Assembly: GCF_001194135.2 (NCBI RefSeq)
Contig: NC_068981.1
Location: 180,840,339 to 180,904,338 of the forward strand
Direction of reading: 5' to 3'
DNA: 64,000 bases
Source of the DNA: Octopus bimaculoides
Lineage: Eukaryota
Below the pieces are notes generated by a model. That model was not told where the DNA came from. It worked only from the letters and a program-made list of their open reading frames with translations, and searched no databases. Within the stretch, counting starts at the first letter, position 1. Each line of letters starts with the position of its first letter. The position numbers and the translations under genes were made by a program. Positions 12,118 through 24,808 of this stretch are shown here, in pieces.

Positions 12118-14843
12118 TGTGAAAACTGAACATGTGTACAACTTTACAGAAGTTCAGAACACAGAAGATTATTTCGGGTGTTTACGGATTAATTTGGAAC
12201 TACTTTAGTAGTTAGAATGTTGAGAGAATGAGAGAAATAATTAATGGGCAATTTAAAATATAAAATGGAAAACAAAAGAGAACTACAACTAAGCAAACGG
12301 ATAATCCATTCCTTTAATCTCGATCATATTGTAGAAAAAATAGCAGGTAATACTAACAGGTGATGGACTAAGAAAAGTTGTACTAAACTTAGAGAGGCCC
12401 TAATCTGACAACCTAGTTAAAAAGTGAGATAGTTATGAAAAGGGCATTGTTAGCAACATTAAACGTTCAATTGCCTAGGGAGAGTAAAAAAAGGTGGTGG
12501 TGACAGTGGTGGTGGTACTTTTCAGTCATTCTAAGTTGAATGTGTGTTCGGGCAGAAGAAAATGATGTTACTCAGTTTGGGAGCAACACATTATGAAGTG
12601 AGCATTTTAGCTGATATAAAAAGTTGTGAAACATTGATGAGAAGTAGTCTTGAAGTGAACTTTTTTTCACATAGCTGTCCCTGGAACTACAATAATATAA
12701 TTAAATCCAGGTAAGACATTAATGACACTGGTATTACTAGTCGCTAATTCAGAAAACAAATCAGTCAACAATAAACTATTTATAACCCAAGGTGAATCAT
12801 ACATTAAAAACCACCAATGTTTTAGATATCAAATTAAATTTTATAATCCTTTCCACTACAAATATTTTAACATTTGAAAGAAAGAAAAATGACAAATTGA
12901 TTTATTTCTTCGTTTTTACATTTTGATTTACTCAAATTTTTACAGATGTTAAATAACCAAAAATTATATGAAAATTTATAAAATGGAATCAACAATGCTT
13001 TTTTAATAATAAGACTTTTTTAAATTGTCCGTTATTCAGTTAAAACTTTTGTGCTTCCCTCAATCTTAAAGTTGGTAAAATTTTAAAAAGATTACTTTTA
13101 CGAAATTTTAGAGTGTTTCTCATTTACGGAAATAAATTTGTTTATGGATAGAAAAGTAACCAGTTTCCTGGTTTATTATTACATATATATTTCATATAAT
13201 AAATTCTGTTACATATATTTAAAAAGTAACCAAGCGAACGACATGAATCTTATGAATCAACTAATTCATGAAAGAAAAGAAAATATTGATCTGGTTTCAT
13301 GAATTTTTTTTTTTTTTTCTGTCAAACATAATAAACTTAAGGATTAATTTAGACTGAGTGAAAGAACGACTAATATCTATTTTGACAGGCAGGAAAGGAA
13401 TCTAGACTATGTAAGATGATGAAACAAGATGATGAATGCCCAACGTATTTTACTAGAGTTCATGAACTAATCTGAAAGTAACAGAGATAAACACTCACCA
13501 TAAACAAACTTGAACTGAGAAGTTAGAGGAAAATAAATACAGGTGTTGAATTGTGATATATTGTAAGGGAAAGCATAGATAACTTTTCAATTGTTTAAAA
13601 AAAATTTATATACCCGATTTAAATATGTTTTGTTAAATACCATACAGGTGTCTGTCTACTTGTCTGTCTGGCAAAGAGAGGAGAGAGAGTATAAGAAAAA
13701 TTATAATTCTATCAGCGCAAGGTGACAACTGTTGAGACATGAAAATAATTAGAGCTCCAGAATTTTGGTAGACTACATATCACTTAGACACACCTGTGCT
13801 TAAAAACTGATTCGTGCAGACAGTTTCTTTTTTAATTGTCTCTCTCTCTCTCTCTCCTCCCACTCAGTTTTCTGTCTATACAAGCGTCTCTTCCTCTTTG
13901 TCCTTCTTCATCTCTTGCCTCTTTCACATTCCTCTTCCCTCTCTGTGTTTCATACATTTCTTATTCCCTCCCATACCAGGTAGCGGTTGATGACAACACT
14001 GAACTATACGAGTTTATGGATCCGGTAATAACTACTCCTAAATGAAAGAAGAATAAAATAAAATAGAACAAAAGCCAGCGTGTCAGAAGTTAACACAAAA
14101 GAAAGAGAACGATGTCAACGTGTTACTATCACCACCACTAAACCAAGTCAAATTTTGCTGAGATTTGCTATTAAACAAATTTGAACATCACTGGCCTACC
14201 CATTCTCAGCTGATGGTTTACTAAAATTGTTGCTAGTTGAACGAACAAGGGAGGGAGATGATGCTGTAGACAATACAATGACATATTTTCACAACGTAAG
14301 GAGATTCTTCGGGTAGCAAATATATCAGGATGTAAATACGATAACGAACAGGAAGACGAACAATAATAAAGAAGTTCCAAAATTCGGGAGTGATATGACT
14401 CAGCAGATAGATAACAAAAAGGAAATTGGCCACACCTTATTGGGTGTACATACCTCTATACAGGTAACACGACCCTACACACGCACCTGTATAAGTTGTT
14501 TTATGTCGAACGAATGAGAAAGGAATTCTCGTTACATATTGTAGAGGATTTGTTTTTTGTTATTTTTTTTTAACTGCAGCTGAGTTTGTCTCGCGGAAGA
14601 TCAGTGGTGTGAAACACTCGAGTCACGAGACAACCTCTCAGCTTCAGTTGCAAAAAAAAAAGCTATATGTACATATGCACCAACTTACGAAGTTGCTCAT
14701 TTTATCATTTCATATCGTTCTTTTTTTTATTTTTCTTATACATATAATTGTGTGTAAGGTTGAGAGATAATCTCAAGAATTTTCCCAAAATGATATCCCT
14801 AAAAGGGGAAAAAAAAACTTGATTATCTGGAGACAGTAGGATG

Positions 14844-14888
14844 GCTATAGATACATGTTTCTGCTTCAATAGGCATCATCAGCACATG
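14844..14888 (-). ncRNA. minimal type-I hammerhead-like motif (family H1, copy 1)
   Basis: CTGATGA TGC-CTATTGAA-GCA GAAA CATGTA TC; intact core; homologous to 30949-30993. Confidence 0.55.
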
Positions 14889-14889
14889 A

Positions 14890-15170
14890 ACGTTTTCCAA
14901 CCAATTCTTACCCTGACTATTATACTTTCAGAACCATCACCTCTCGTGCTAATTATGTCACCTAGGCAACTGAAGCTATTGACTACTTCAAGTGAGCCAG
15001 CCAGACGTTTAAGCAAGTCTATTTCCAGTGGGCTCTTAGAATGCATTACTTCAGTGCATGTGCCACATATGAACATGCCTTCTATTAGTCTGCGTTTGAT
15101 TCCACTACACTTCTTGCATGTCCATGGCTTACACTGATTACAGCATATGGAATTTACACTTAGATGGTTA
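14890..15170 (-). mobile_element. degenerate RTE LINE fragment (Cys-rich insert and RT thumb region)
   Basis: NSICCNQCKPWTCKKCSGIK..CGTC..LEVVNSFSCLGD....G..ESI..RVRIGW, typical of the post-RT region of RTE elements. Confidence 0.7.
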
Positions 15171-16621
15171 GAGATGTAGTAAGTGATGAACAAAGATAGA
15201 GGTGTAATTGATGGCAAATATACTCAATCATTCACTTGTGCTATTATATCATAATGACATCATTGAAGGCTGCTCTCATACAGTGTGTCCAGGGCAGAAA
15301 CCATCTGTTCCAACCTATTATATTATTGAAATTTGAACCAATCATTGCAAACTAGTGACTGAAAATTATAACAGCAAATTATTTTTCAATGTTGCTTATT
15401 TACAATTAAGGGCTCTTCATCAATAAGGGTTAAATATCTTTTTTTCCTTTTGTATCCCAAATACAATTCAGTGCTTTTTAAGTACAACCCCTCAAGCTCT
15501 CACTCAGCAGTATTAAGTATACCTGAATGTGTATCATAAATTCATCTTGACTGGTGCTTCTAGTTTCACCTCATGGTTTATTCAAGCAGACTAACTTAAC
15601 AAACTGTCAGGCAAAACTTAATGTCCTAGTCAAAACAAATTTCACTCAGCTATTAGTACTGAGTCCCTTCCCCATCAGTAAATGTTTTGTTATACATAAA
15701 AATCTTGTTAAAATAACAACAAAACTAATAGTGTGTATGTATGTCAGGTCACTCTTAGTGCTACCGGTAACTTGTGACCCAGTACAAACTGTCACATGTT
15801 GGTGACTAAACTGGAAACCCTACCAAGCCTTCTTAATAAGGTGGGTGGTTTTCATTGAACTCCCTGCAGGATGAGCAATGAAGTCTGTCAAAGGGCAGAT
15901 GAACTCAGTAAAATCAACAGTCATCCAACAAGCTGGGAGTGAAGACTTTGTTTAGATATCACTCCAAGGAAAGAAAACTGATGTAACGCCTGCAACTTTG
16001 CACCAAATGATGTAGGCTAAGTTGTCTTTTGGGGCAAGTGCATACATTGTTTAGACAATGGGATTGACTCAGTGCAAATCCTTTCCACGCATTAAAAAGC
16101 TTCAGGTGCAGGCATCATTTGATTTTTAACATCTCTATTATGTGTTGTATATAACAGCTTGCATTGGCTTAGGTGGTAAGCTTGAACCATCAAATCTGAT
16201 AAACTCAATTATTACTGAAACTACTTTTCACTGACAAAATTCCGATGCAGCACAGAATTTTGTCAGTGAACAGGTTGTGGTCTCAAAGTGACGAAAATAT
16301 TTTGGCAAATTAAATTTAAATGCTGAAGTGAATCTAATGGTTTTTGTGTTTCTTAAATGGCTTATAAACACCTTCCACGCTGCAATAGTTTTCGTTCCAG
16401 CACACGATCTCAGATCAGGTCGCTTGCTATGCAAGTACATCTCCATAATTTTTAAATGTTGTATTTTAGAATCATCATAATTATAAACCATGGTTTATAT
16501 ATAAACCTATTGTATTATGAGTATTATTATTCATAACAAATATTAGGTATTAAACCTAATTAGATGATACCATCCCTTAATGAGGCTAATTTAACCTCTA
16601 ATTGAATTGTATATATACATA

Positions 16622-16945
16622 TAGGTGCCAGCATGGTTCCAGGTTCAGTCCCACTGCATGGCACCTTGGGCAAGTGTCTTCTACTATAACCTTGGTCCAA
16701 CTAAACTCATCATTATATATATATAGATATATATACACACACACACACACACACATGTATGTATGTCTGTGTTTGTTCCCCCTACTGCTTGACAACCAGT
16801 GTTAGTCCGTTTACACCCCTGTAATCTCCATTATCTAGCGGTTCAGCAAAAGACCACCAATACCAGGCTTAAAAAGGTACTGGGTTCAATTCGTTCAACT
16901 AAAAATTCTTCATGGCAGTGCCCCAGCATGGCCGCTGTCTAATGA
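16622..16945 (+). mobile_element. SINE family B copy (diverged)
   Basis: GGTTCCAGGTTCAGTCCCACTG..GGCAAGTGTCTT..(TA/CA)n..CTTGACAACC. Confidence 0.7.
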
Positions 16946-17056
16946 ATATCTATGTGTTGACAGATACTCTGTCTACATTTTATGTGTGCGTAGGTTCAAC
17001 ATATGCCTATCTGTATACATACATACACAATGATCTATATACATACATACATACAC

Positions 17057-17577
17057 AATGAGGCAAACTGGATATAAGAGGCATCAGATGTGTGTAAGAG
17101 AGAAGACTGGTTTGGTCGTGTGATGCATATGGTTGAGGGCAGCTGTGTAAAGAAGTGCTGAGCTCTAATTGTGGAGGTAACCTGTGGAAGGGACAGACCC
17201 AGGAAAACATGGGATGAGGTGGTGAGAAAGGATCTTTGGATGCTGGGCCTCACTGAAGAAATAAGGGGCTGGGACATGTGGCAATTTGCCATACTTGAAA
17301 AAAAGACATGTCAAGCAAAGTAAAATCCCTATCTTCCATACATACAGGCTTGTGCTTTTCAGGTGCACCCATGCCAGTACTGCATAAGTGCATCCGTACC
17401 AGTGGCATGTAAGTAGTACCTAGCACACTGTTAAGTGGTTGGCATTAAGAAGGGCATCCAACCAAAAAAACCATGCCACAGCAGACTACTGGAGTCTAAA
17501 TAGCTCCCCAGCTGGCCAGCTCCATGTCAAACATCCAACCCATGCCAGTATGGAAAGCAAATATTAAACGATGATGT
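17057..17577 (+). mobile_element. RTE LINE 3' portion (ORF C-terminus, 3' UTR, GAT tail)
   Basis: Degenerate LDIRGIR..WFG.VM..SCVKKC..GTCG..RPRKTWDEVVRKDL..LGL, followed by the shared 3' UTR. Confidence 0.75.
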
Positions 17578-17578
17578 G

Positions 17579-17631
<53 letters not shown>

Positions 17632-17879
17632 NNNNNNNNNNNNNNNNNNNNNNNNNNNNNNNNNNNNNNNNNNNNNNNNNNNNNNNNNNNNNNNNNNNNN
17701 NNNNNNNNNNNNNNNNNNNNNNNNNNNNNNNNNNNNNNNNNNNNNNNNNNNNNNNNNNNNNNNNNNNNNNNNNNNNNNNNNNNNNNNNNNNNNNNNNNNN
17801 NNNNNNNNNNNNNNNNNNNNNNNNNNNNNNNNNNNNNNNNNNNNNNNNNNNNNNNNNNNNNNNNNNNNNNNNNNNNNNN

Positions 17880-18221
17880 TCAGTCCCACTGCGTGGCATC
17901 TTGGGCAAGTGTCTTCTACTATAGCCTCGGGCTGACCAAAGCCTTGTGAGTGGATTTAGTAGACGGAAACTGAAAGAAGCCCGTCGTATATATGTATATA
18001 TATATGTGTGTGTGTGTCTGTGCTTGTCCCCCTAGCATTGTTTGACAACTGATGGTGGTGTGTTTATGTCCCCGTCACTTAGCGGTTCAGCAAAAGGGAC
18101 CGATATAATAAGTACTAGGCTTCCAAAGAATAAGTCCTGGGGGCGATTTGCTCGACTAAAGGCGGTGCTCCAGCATGGCCACAGTCAAAAGACTGAAACA
18201 AATAAAAGAGTAAAAGAGTAT
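17880..18221 (+). mobile_element. SINE family B copy
   Basis: Matches 24478-25010; ends AAAAGAGTAAAAGAG. Confidence 0.8.
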
Positions 18222-19129
18222 ATATATTGAGTTCTAACACCAGGTTATTAGTATCGTTATGCCTAAGTGAAATATCAAAATATATATTCCTCAGTCAAAT
18301 CGTCCAACCCATGCTAGCATGGAAAGCGGACGTTAAACGATGATGATGATGATATTATATATATCTTTTAAAAGTTAGTTTCTGTGAGATTAGAAATTAG
18401 AACATAAAGAGCCATAGAATGTACTGGAACAAATCAACCTCAGTACATCTTTTTTTTTTTAAAGTCTGATACTTATTCCATTGATGGAACTACTAAGTTA
18501 TGAAGATGTAAACAAACCAGCACTGGTTGCCAAATGCTGGGAAAGAGGACAAAATCAAAGACACACACACACACATAATGGGCTTTCACAAGATTCCATC
18601 AACCAAATTCATTCCCAAGGTAATTGAAGATACTTGCCCAAGGAGTCACACAGTGGGACTGAACCCAAAACAACATGGTTACAAAGTGAGCTTGTTTAGC
18701 CATACAGTCATGCCTGTGTCATTGTTTTTTTAGACTTTCTTCTAATGGAATATGAAGAAGACATAGTATATGAGACATTCCAAAATGTTCCAGCCAGTTG
18801 CTACTAAAATAGGAAAGAGAAATACGTAGCATTTCTAATTTATATCATCATCCAAGATTACAAAATAAACAAGACAAAAAAATAAATAACAAATCTTAAA
18901 TTTAAATATTTCAGCAATATAAAAATAGATGAATATCCATTAGGCATATGCCTGATGAGTGTTTAGACAAAGGCAGCAGATGTTGGTTTTGATACAATTC
19001 AGTGAAGATAGGTCAGAGTAATTAGTTTGAAAAGACTAAAAATTCCATAACATAAAGGAAGAAAGAAAACCAGAGGCTGCTGACCCGAAATGTGTGGATA
19101 TTATTTCCTTTTAATTACTTTATATATAT

Positions 19130-19187
19130 GTGGTTAGGATTCCTGGCTTTCACCCAGGCGGCCCGGGTTCGATTCCCGGCATGGGAA
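19130..19187 (+). pseudogene. 5'-truncated tRNA-Glu(TTC)
   Basis: GTGGTTAGGATT CCTGG-CTTTCAC-CCAGG CGGC CCGGG-TTCGATT-CCCGG CATGGGAA. Perfect anticodon and T arms; first ~14 nt missing (replaced by TA repeats); no CCA. Confidence 0.8.
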
Positions 19188-19200
19188 CGCATGTTAAATA

Positions 19201-19434
19201 GGCGTAAGGAGTGGCTGTGTGGTAAGTAGCTTGCTTACCAACCACATGGTTCCGGGTTCATTCCCACTGCGTGGCACCATGGGCAAGTGTCTTCTACTAT
19301 ACCCTCGGGCCGACCAAAGCCTTGTGAGTGGATTTGGTAGACGGAAACTGAAAGAAGCCCGTTGTATATATGTATATATATATATGTGTGTTTGTCCCCC
19401 CAACATCGCTTGACAACCGATGCTGGTGTGTTTA
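19201..19434 (+). mobile_element. SINE family B copy running into a gap
   Basis: GGCGTAAGGAGTGGCTGTGTGGTAAGTAGC.. near-identical to 24478. Confidence 0.85.
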
Positions 19435-20291
19435 NNNNNNNNNNNNNNNNNNNNNNNNNNNNNNNNNNNNNNNNNNNNNNNNNNNNNNNNNNNNNNNNNN
19501 NNNNNNNNNNNNNNNNNNNNNNNNNNNNNNNNNNNNNNNNNNNNNNNNNNNNNNNNNNNNNNNNNNNNNNNNNNNNNNNNNNNNNNNNNNNNNNNNNNNN
19601 NNNNNNNNNNNNNNNNNNNNNNNNNNNNNNNNNNNNNNNNNNNNNNNNNNNNNNNNNNNNNNNNNNNNNNNNNNNNNNNNNNNNNNNNNNNNNNNNNNNN
19701 NNNNNNNNNNNNNNNNNNNNNNNNNNNNNNNNNNNNNNNNNNNNNNNNNNNNNNNNNNNNNNNNNNNNNNNNNNNNNNNNNNNNNNNNNNNNNNNNNNNN
19801 NNNNNNNNNNNNNNNNNNNNNNNNNNNNNNNNNNNNNNNNNNNNNNNNNNNNNNNNNNNNNNNNNNNNNNNNNNNNNNNNNNNNNNNNNNNNNNNNNNNN
19901 NNNNNNNNNNNNNNNNNNNNNNNNNNNNNNNNNNNNNNNNNNNNNNNNNNNNNNNNNNNNNNNNNNNNNNNNNNNNNNNNNNNNNNNNNNNNNNNNNNNN
20001 NNNNNNNNNNNNNNNNNNNNNNNNNNNNNNNNNNNNNNNNNNNNNNNNNNNNNNNNNNNNNNNNNNNNNNNNNNNNNNNNNNNNNNNNNNNNNNNNNNNN
20101 NNNNNNNNNNNNNNNNNNNNNNNNNNNNNNNNNNNNNNNNNNNNNNNNNNNNNNNNNNNNNNNNNNNNNNNNNNNNNNNNNNNNNNNNNNNNNNNNNNNN
20201 NNNNNNNNNNNNNNNNNNNNNNNNNNNNNNNNNNNNNNNNNNNNNNNNNNNNNNNNNNNNNNNNNNNNNNNNNNNNNNNNNNNNNNNNNNN

Positions 20292-20328
<37 letters not shown>

Positions 20329-20529
20329 ATAGGCAAAGGCATAGCTGTATGGTTATGAAGTTTTCTTCTCAATTGTGTGGTTTTGGGGTTCAATCTAAAT
20401 GTAACACCTACTATAGCTGCAATGATTCTCAAGCAGGACCCTTATGACCCTTGGTGGTTCATGTAAGATTTTAGTGGGTCCACACAAGCAAAATAGCAAA
20501 TTGGGTACCTACAGTATTTTAAGGGTCCA

Positions 20530-20725
20530 GTGTGTGCCGGTGGCATGTAAAAGCACCCACTACACTCTTGGAGTGGTTGGCGTTAGGAAGGGCATCCAGC
20601 TGTAGAAACTCTGCCAAATCAGATTGGAGCCTGGTGTAGCCGTCTGGTTTCACCAGTCCTCAGTCAAATTGTCCAACCCATGCTAGCATGGAAAGCGGAC
20701 GTTAAACGATGATGATGATGATGAT
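20530..20725 (+). mobile_element. RTE 3' end with (GAT)n tail
   Basis: GGAAGGGCATCCAGCTGTAGAAAC..CCATGCTAGCATGGAAAGCGGACGTTAAAC(GAT)n. Confidence 0.8.
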
Positions 20726-21214
20726 GTATTTATAGCAAGAAACAGCTCAGCTTCTTTCTCAGAACATTTGACATAGATCAACATACACAAATAAATGGGT
20801 GAAAAAAAAGAAAGGAACTTTGAAAGAAAATTCTATAAAACTAGTTTTCAGATATCAAATGGCTATGAGGGTCCACCAGAATAAAATAGTAATCAAAGGG
20901 GTCTTTAGGGGTCATGCCTTGTGCATGAAATTTGGTAGACAGAAACTGTATGGAGGCCCATTCTCTGTGTGTGTGTGTGTGTTTATGTTTTTGTCCTGCA
21001 TCATAGTGGTTCAACAATGATCAATGAAAACTAGCAGGTTTAAAAATACATACAGGGATCAATATGACTGACTAAACCCTTCAAGGCTGTGATCCAGCAT
21101 GGCCACAGTCCAATGATTAAAACTAGTAAAAAAATGCTTTTACAATTTTTTGTATAAGTTTGTGCTAACCAACTGATAATTTGGCTGGTTTTCAATATTA
21201 TATCTTTAGTAACA

Positions 21215-22290
21215 ACTAGCAGAAATACCCAGCTTTGCCTGGGTTAAAGAGAATAATGAAATCTAAAAACGCCGTCTAGACTACGCAACCCTCAACTGTT
21301 AGTAGCTACGATACCATATTTCTACATTAATAACTCTCCAATCCATGCCAGCATGGAACATAGACATTAAGTGGAATACCAGTCTCTCATCTAGGAGGGC
21401 CTTGAAATCAATGTTACCAACTGGGGACTATGTGTGTCGTAGTGATAATAAAAAGACCCAATGGAGGTCTGCAACGAAATAATTTTACTCAACACTTTGC
21501 AAGTGAATCAGTGGAGGCAAAGATGCGTCTCATNNNNNNNNNNNNNNNNNNNNNNNNNNNNNNNNNNNNNNNNNNNNNNNNNNNNNNNNNNNNNNNNNNN
21601 NNNNNNNNNNNNNNNNNNNNNNNNNNNNNNNNNNNNNNNNNNNNNNNNNNNNNNNNNNNNNNNNNNNNNNNNNNNNNNNNNNNNNNNNNNNNNNNNNNNN
21701 NNNNNNNNNNNNNNNNNNNNNNNNNNNNNNNNNNNNNNNNNNNNNNNNNNNNNNNNNNNNNNNNNNNNNNNNNNNNNNNNNNNNNNNNNNNNNNNNNNNN
21801 NNNNNNNNNNNNNNNNNNNNNNNNNNNNNNNNNNNNNNNNNNNNNNNNNNNNNNNNNNNNNNNNNNNNNNNNNNNNNNNNNNNNNNNNNNNNNNNNNNNN
21901 NNNNNNNNNNNNNNNNNNNNNNNNNNNNNNNNNNNNNNNNNNNNNNNNNNNTCTCGTTCTCTCTCTCTGAAAGTATCTGTTATTACAGTATCGAAATGTG
22001 ATTGTTTCAGTTAGTGGAATAGTTTCATTTTTAAAGTGAAAGTATTTGACATGAGTGTTTTTGTTTCACTTTTGACACGTAATACTTAAATAGTGGAGGA
22101 GATATTATGTTGCCGTGGGCTCGAACTCTGCAAGAAGTTAAAATTTTTTTGACTAAAACACAACTGGAACCCTAAGTAAGGCATCTGTAAAATTTGAATG
22201 AAATTGGTTGCGTAGTTCTCGAGTTTTAGGGATTCACACACACACACAGACAGACAGACACACATTCTCATTTTTATATATATAGATAGA
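21215..22290 (+). mobile_element. possible Helentron-associated (HINE/DINE-like) non-autonomous element, interrupted by a gap
   Basis: 5' ACTAGCAGAAATACCCAGCTTTGCCTGGG (short subterminal inverted repeat); 3' (CA)n(CAGA)n..TTTTATATATATAGAT. Linkage across the gap is inferred. Confidence 0.4.
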
Positions 22291-22815
22291 TAGATTAAGG
22301 TACTTAGTTTCCCATTCATAATGGCTGCATTAGACACAGAGCAATTTTCTGTTTCATTTAAACATTAAAAAAAAAATGCATATATTCAAAATAACTTTTA
22401 ATTATAACTTTATTGCTTGTTTTATTCACTTGTTACTCAATTACATCCCATTCTGAAGAAACTCATACCCTACCAAAATATTGCTATTCTCTCCTCCTCT
22501 GGTGGGGTATGCCACCCACCTTGAGAAATACTGCTTACACACAGATCAAGTGACTTCTTCACACCAGTCTAGGTGAAGTGAGACAAGACAGAAACAAAAT
22601 GAAACACCAACAACAGATTTATTCTTGACTGACTGACCTATGAATAAGTAATCCAGCCATCGTAGTTCTGGAATGAGAGACACAGGCATTGAAGGAAGAA
22701 CAATTAAAATTTCATGACATTTTCTTTGGATTGAATAGGGGATTAACGAAAAACTATGTGTTTCTCAAACCTATTGAAAATATCCAAATGCCACATTACC
22801 AGCTACTCTACTACC

Positions 22816-23011
22816 TACAATATTTGATGGCATAGAAGATGCACTTTTTTTTACCAAAAAGAATGCCTCAAAAATTCATCCCAGGTCTTATATGCAAGGT
22901 TGAGCCTATCTTACATACTTTAATGCACTAAAACCATTTCCTAAATATACACTGCTGAAATTGGGGTGTGTCTAATATGCCTTTGCATCTTTTATGCCAT
23001 CAAATACAGTA
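22816..23011. mobile_element. Tc1/mariner-type MITE
   Basis: TIRs TATTTGATGGCATAGAAGATGCA / TGCATCTTTTATGCCATCAAATA with TA ends; related sequence at 27615-28005. Confidence 0.65.
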
Positions 23012-23066
23012 CCTCTGTGCGTGTAGGCCTACTCGAGTAGGGCTGTCAGGGACTAAGTAATAAATT

Positions 23067-23690
23067 TATGAGGAGCATTCCAGAAGTTTTGAGAATTAAT
23101 GTACTTGTAGTGTTCCAACTTCTTCATGAAGGGCCCATGGAAGTCCTTCAAAGTGAAAGTGTCCAGGACCCTTGTCACAATCTCCATATTCTCAATGTTT
23201 TCAAAGTGACTGCCCCTGACGGTCTATTTCAGCTTGGAAAAAAAAAAGCAAAAGTGACAGGGAGCAAAGTCTGGATAGTAAGAAGGGCGAGCGACAGTTT
23301 TGATCTCTCTCTCTCTCAACTAGTTGGTTACCAAGGTGGAATTGTAGACTGATGCATTGTTCTGGTGCAAGTACCACTGACCCGAGTGGAAAAGCTCTGG
23401 CCTTTTGCAATGAAATCTCTTTCTGAACTCCCTCAAACCTCCACAAAATACTCTTTATTGACCATCTATCTAGAGAGAACCCAGCGGATGTAGATGATAC
23501 CCTTGCTTTCATAAAAAGGAGCTCATCATGAGCTTCTTAGTGGACTTGCTTTGCCTGGCTTTCTTGAGTCAAGGAGAGCTAGGATGTTTCCATTAGGTAC
23601 TCTGTCTCTTGGTCTCTGGATTCCTCATAATAACAGACCCAGCTTTTGTCACAGGTCACTAGAGACTGAAGTATTCTTGGTCTGGAAGTA
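23067..23690 (-). mobile_element. mariner (DD34D-type) transposase relic with 3' TIR
   Basis: Frameshifted VNKEY..WYLHQNNA..YYPDFAPCDF (LHxDNA and YSPDLAPxD motifs); TIR-like TATGAGGAGCATTCCAGAAG at 23067. Confidence 0.75.
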
Positions 23691-24477
23691 ATGAGCTCAA
23701 ATTCTATACCATGTTTTAATGTAGATATACCCTATTCCAACATGTAGCATATTTTAGTTACCCGTACTACATGTTCTGGTACTAGATCCTTCCTGTATCA
23801 TATAGACTCATAGGGCGAGTTTCCTGATACCCACCATGTATATATTCACCCTCTGAATGGGATGCTGGTCTGTCGCAGGAATACTCACTTTTGCCAGCTG
23901 AGTGGACTGGAGCAATGTGAAATGAAGTGTTTTGCTCAAGAACACAATGCGTCACCCGGTCCAGGAAATGAAACCTCAATGTTGCAATCATTAGTCCAAC
24001 ACCCTAACCACTAAGCCACATGCCTCCATACAAGTTCTGGTATTAGAGTAGGAGACAACTGAAAAACTGTTAGCAACAAGACCTGGCCATAATATGACTA
24101 CCTCAGAAGAGTCATTTGATCCATCCCAGCATGGAAAAGCTGACATAAAACACTGCAGTGGCTAATGATCATGGTATTAAAAAAAAAAATCAATAGCCAC
24201 CAGCTGGTGGACAAAGGGATTATTATTTTTTTTTGAGTTTTTTTTCTTTTTTTTCATTTCAGTTGTTATTTTTCATTTTACAACAACAACTGATGATTGT
24301 TTTCTAAGTTATAGGCAACAGCAGATACAAATATATTCCATTAGAAATATAGCTGCAAACATTGTCAACTATATTTGGAAACTGTGTGTTTGTGTGAGGT
24401 GTGTGTAAAGAGATTTTTAAGAACATAAGAAATTGAGTGGGAATACAGATAAAAGAAATATGTATGTGTGTGTGTGT

Positions 24478-24759
24478 AGGAGTGGCTGTGTGGTAAGTAG
24501 CTTGCTTACCAACCACATGGTTCCAGGTTCAGTCCCACTGCGTGGCACCTTGGGCAAGTGTCTTCCATTTATAGCCTTGGGCCGACCAAAGCCTTGTGAG
24601 ACGGAAACTGAAAGAAGCCCGCCGTATATATNNNNNNNNNNNNNNNNNNNNNNNNNNNNNNNNNNNNNNNNNNNNNNNNNNNNNNNNNNNNNNNNNNNNN
24701 NNNNNNNNNNNNNNNNNNNNNNNNNNNNNNNNNNNNNNNNNNNNNNNNNNNNNNNNNNN

Positions 24760-24808
<49 letters not shown>

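Noticed and set aside
11815-14024. Plus-strand micro-exon-like segments 11815-11839 and 13980-14024 with AG/GT ends
   Set aside because: Such signals arise by chance; no coherent ORF or other support for an antisense transcript.
15800-16110. RTE-like 5' UTR that might hold an HDV-like ribozyme
   Set aside because: Could not build the nested double pseudoknot by eye; even the RTE assignment is uncertain.
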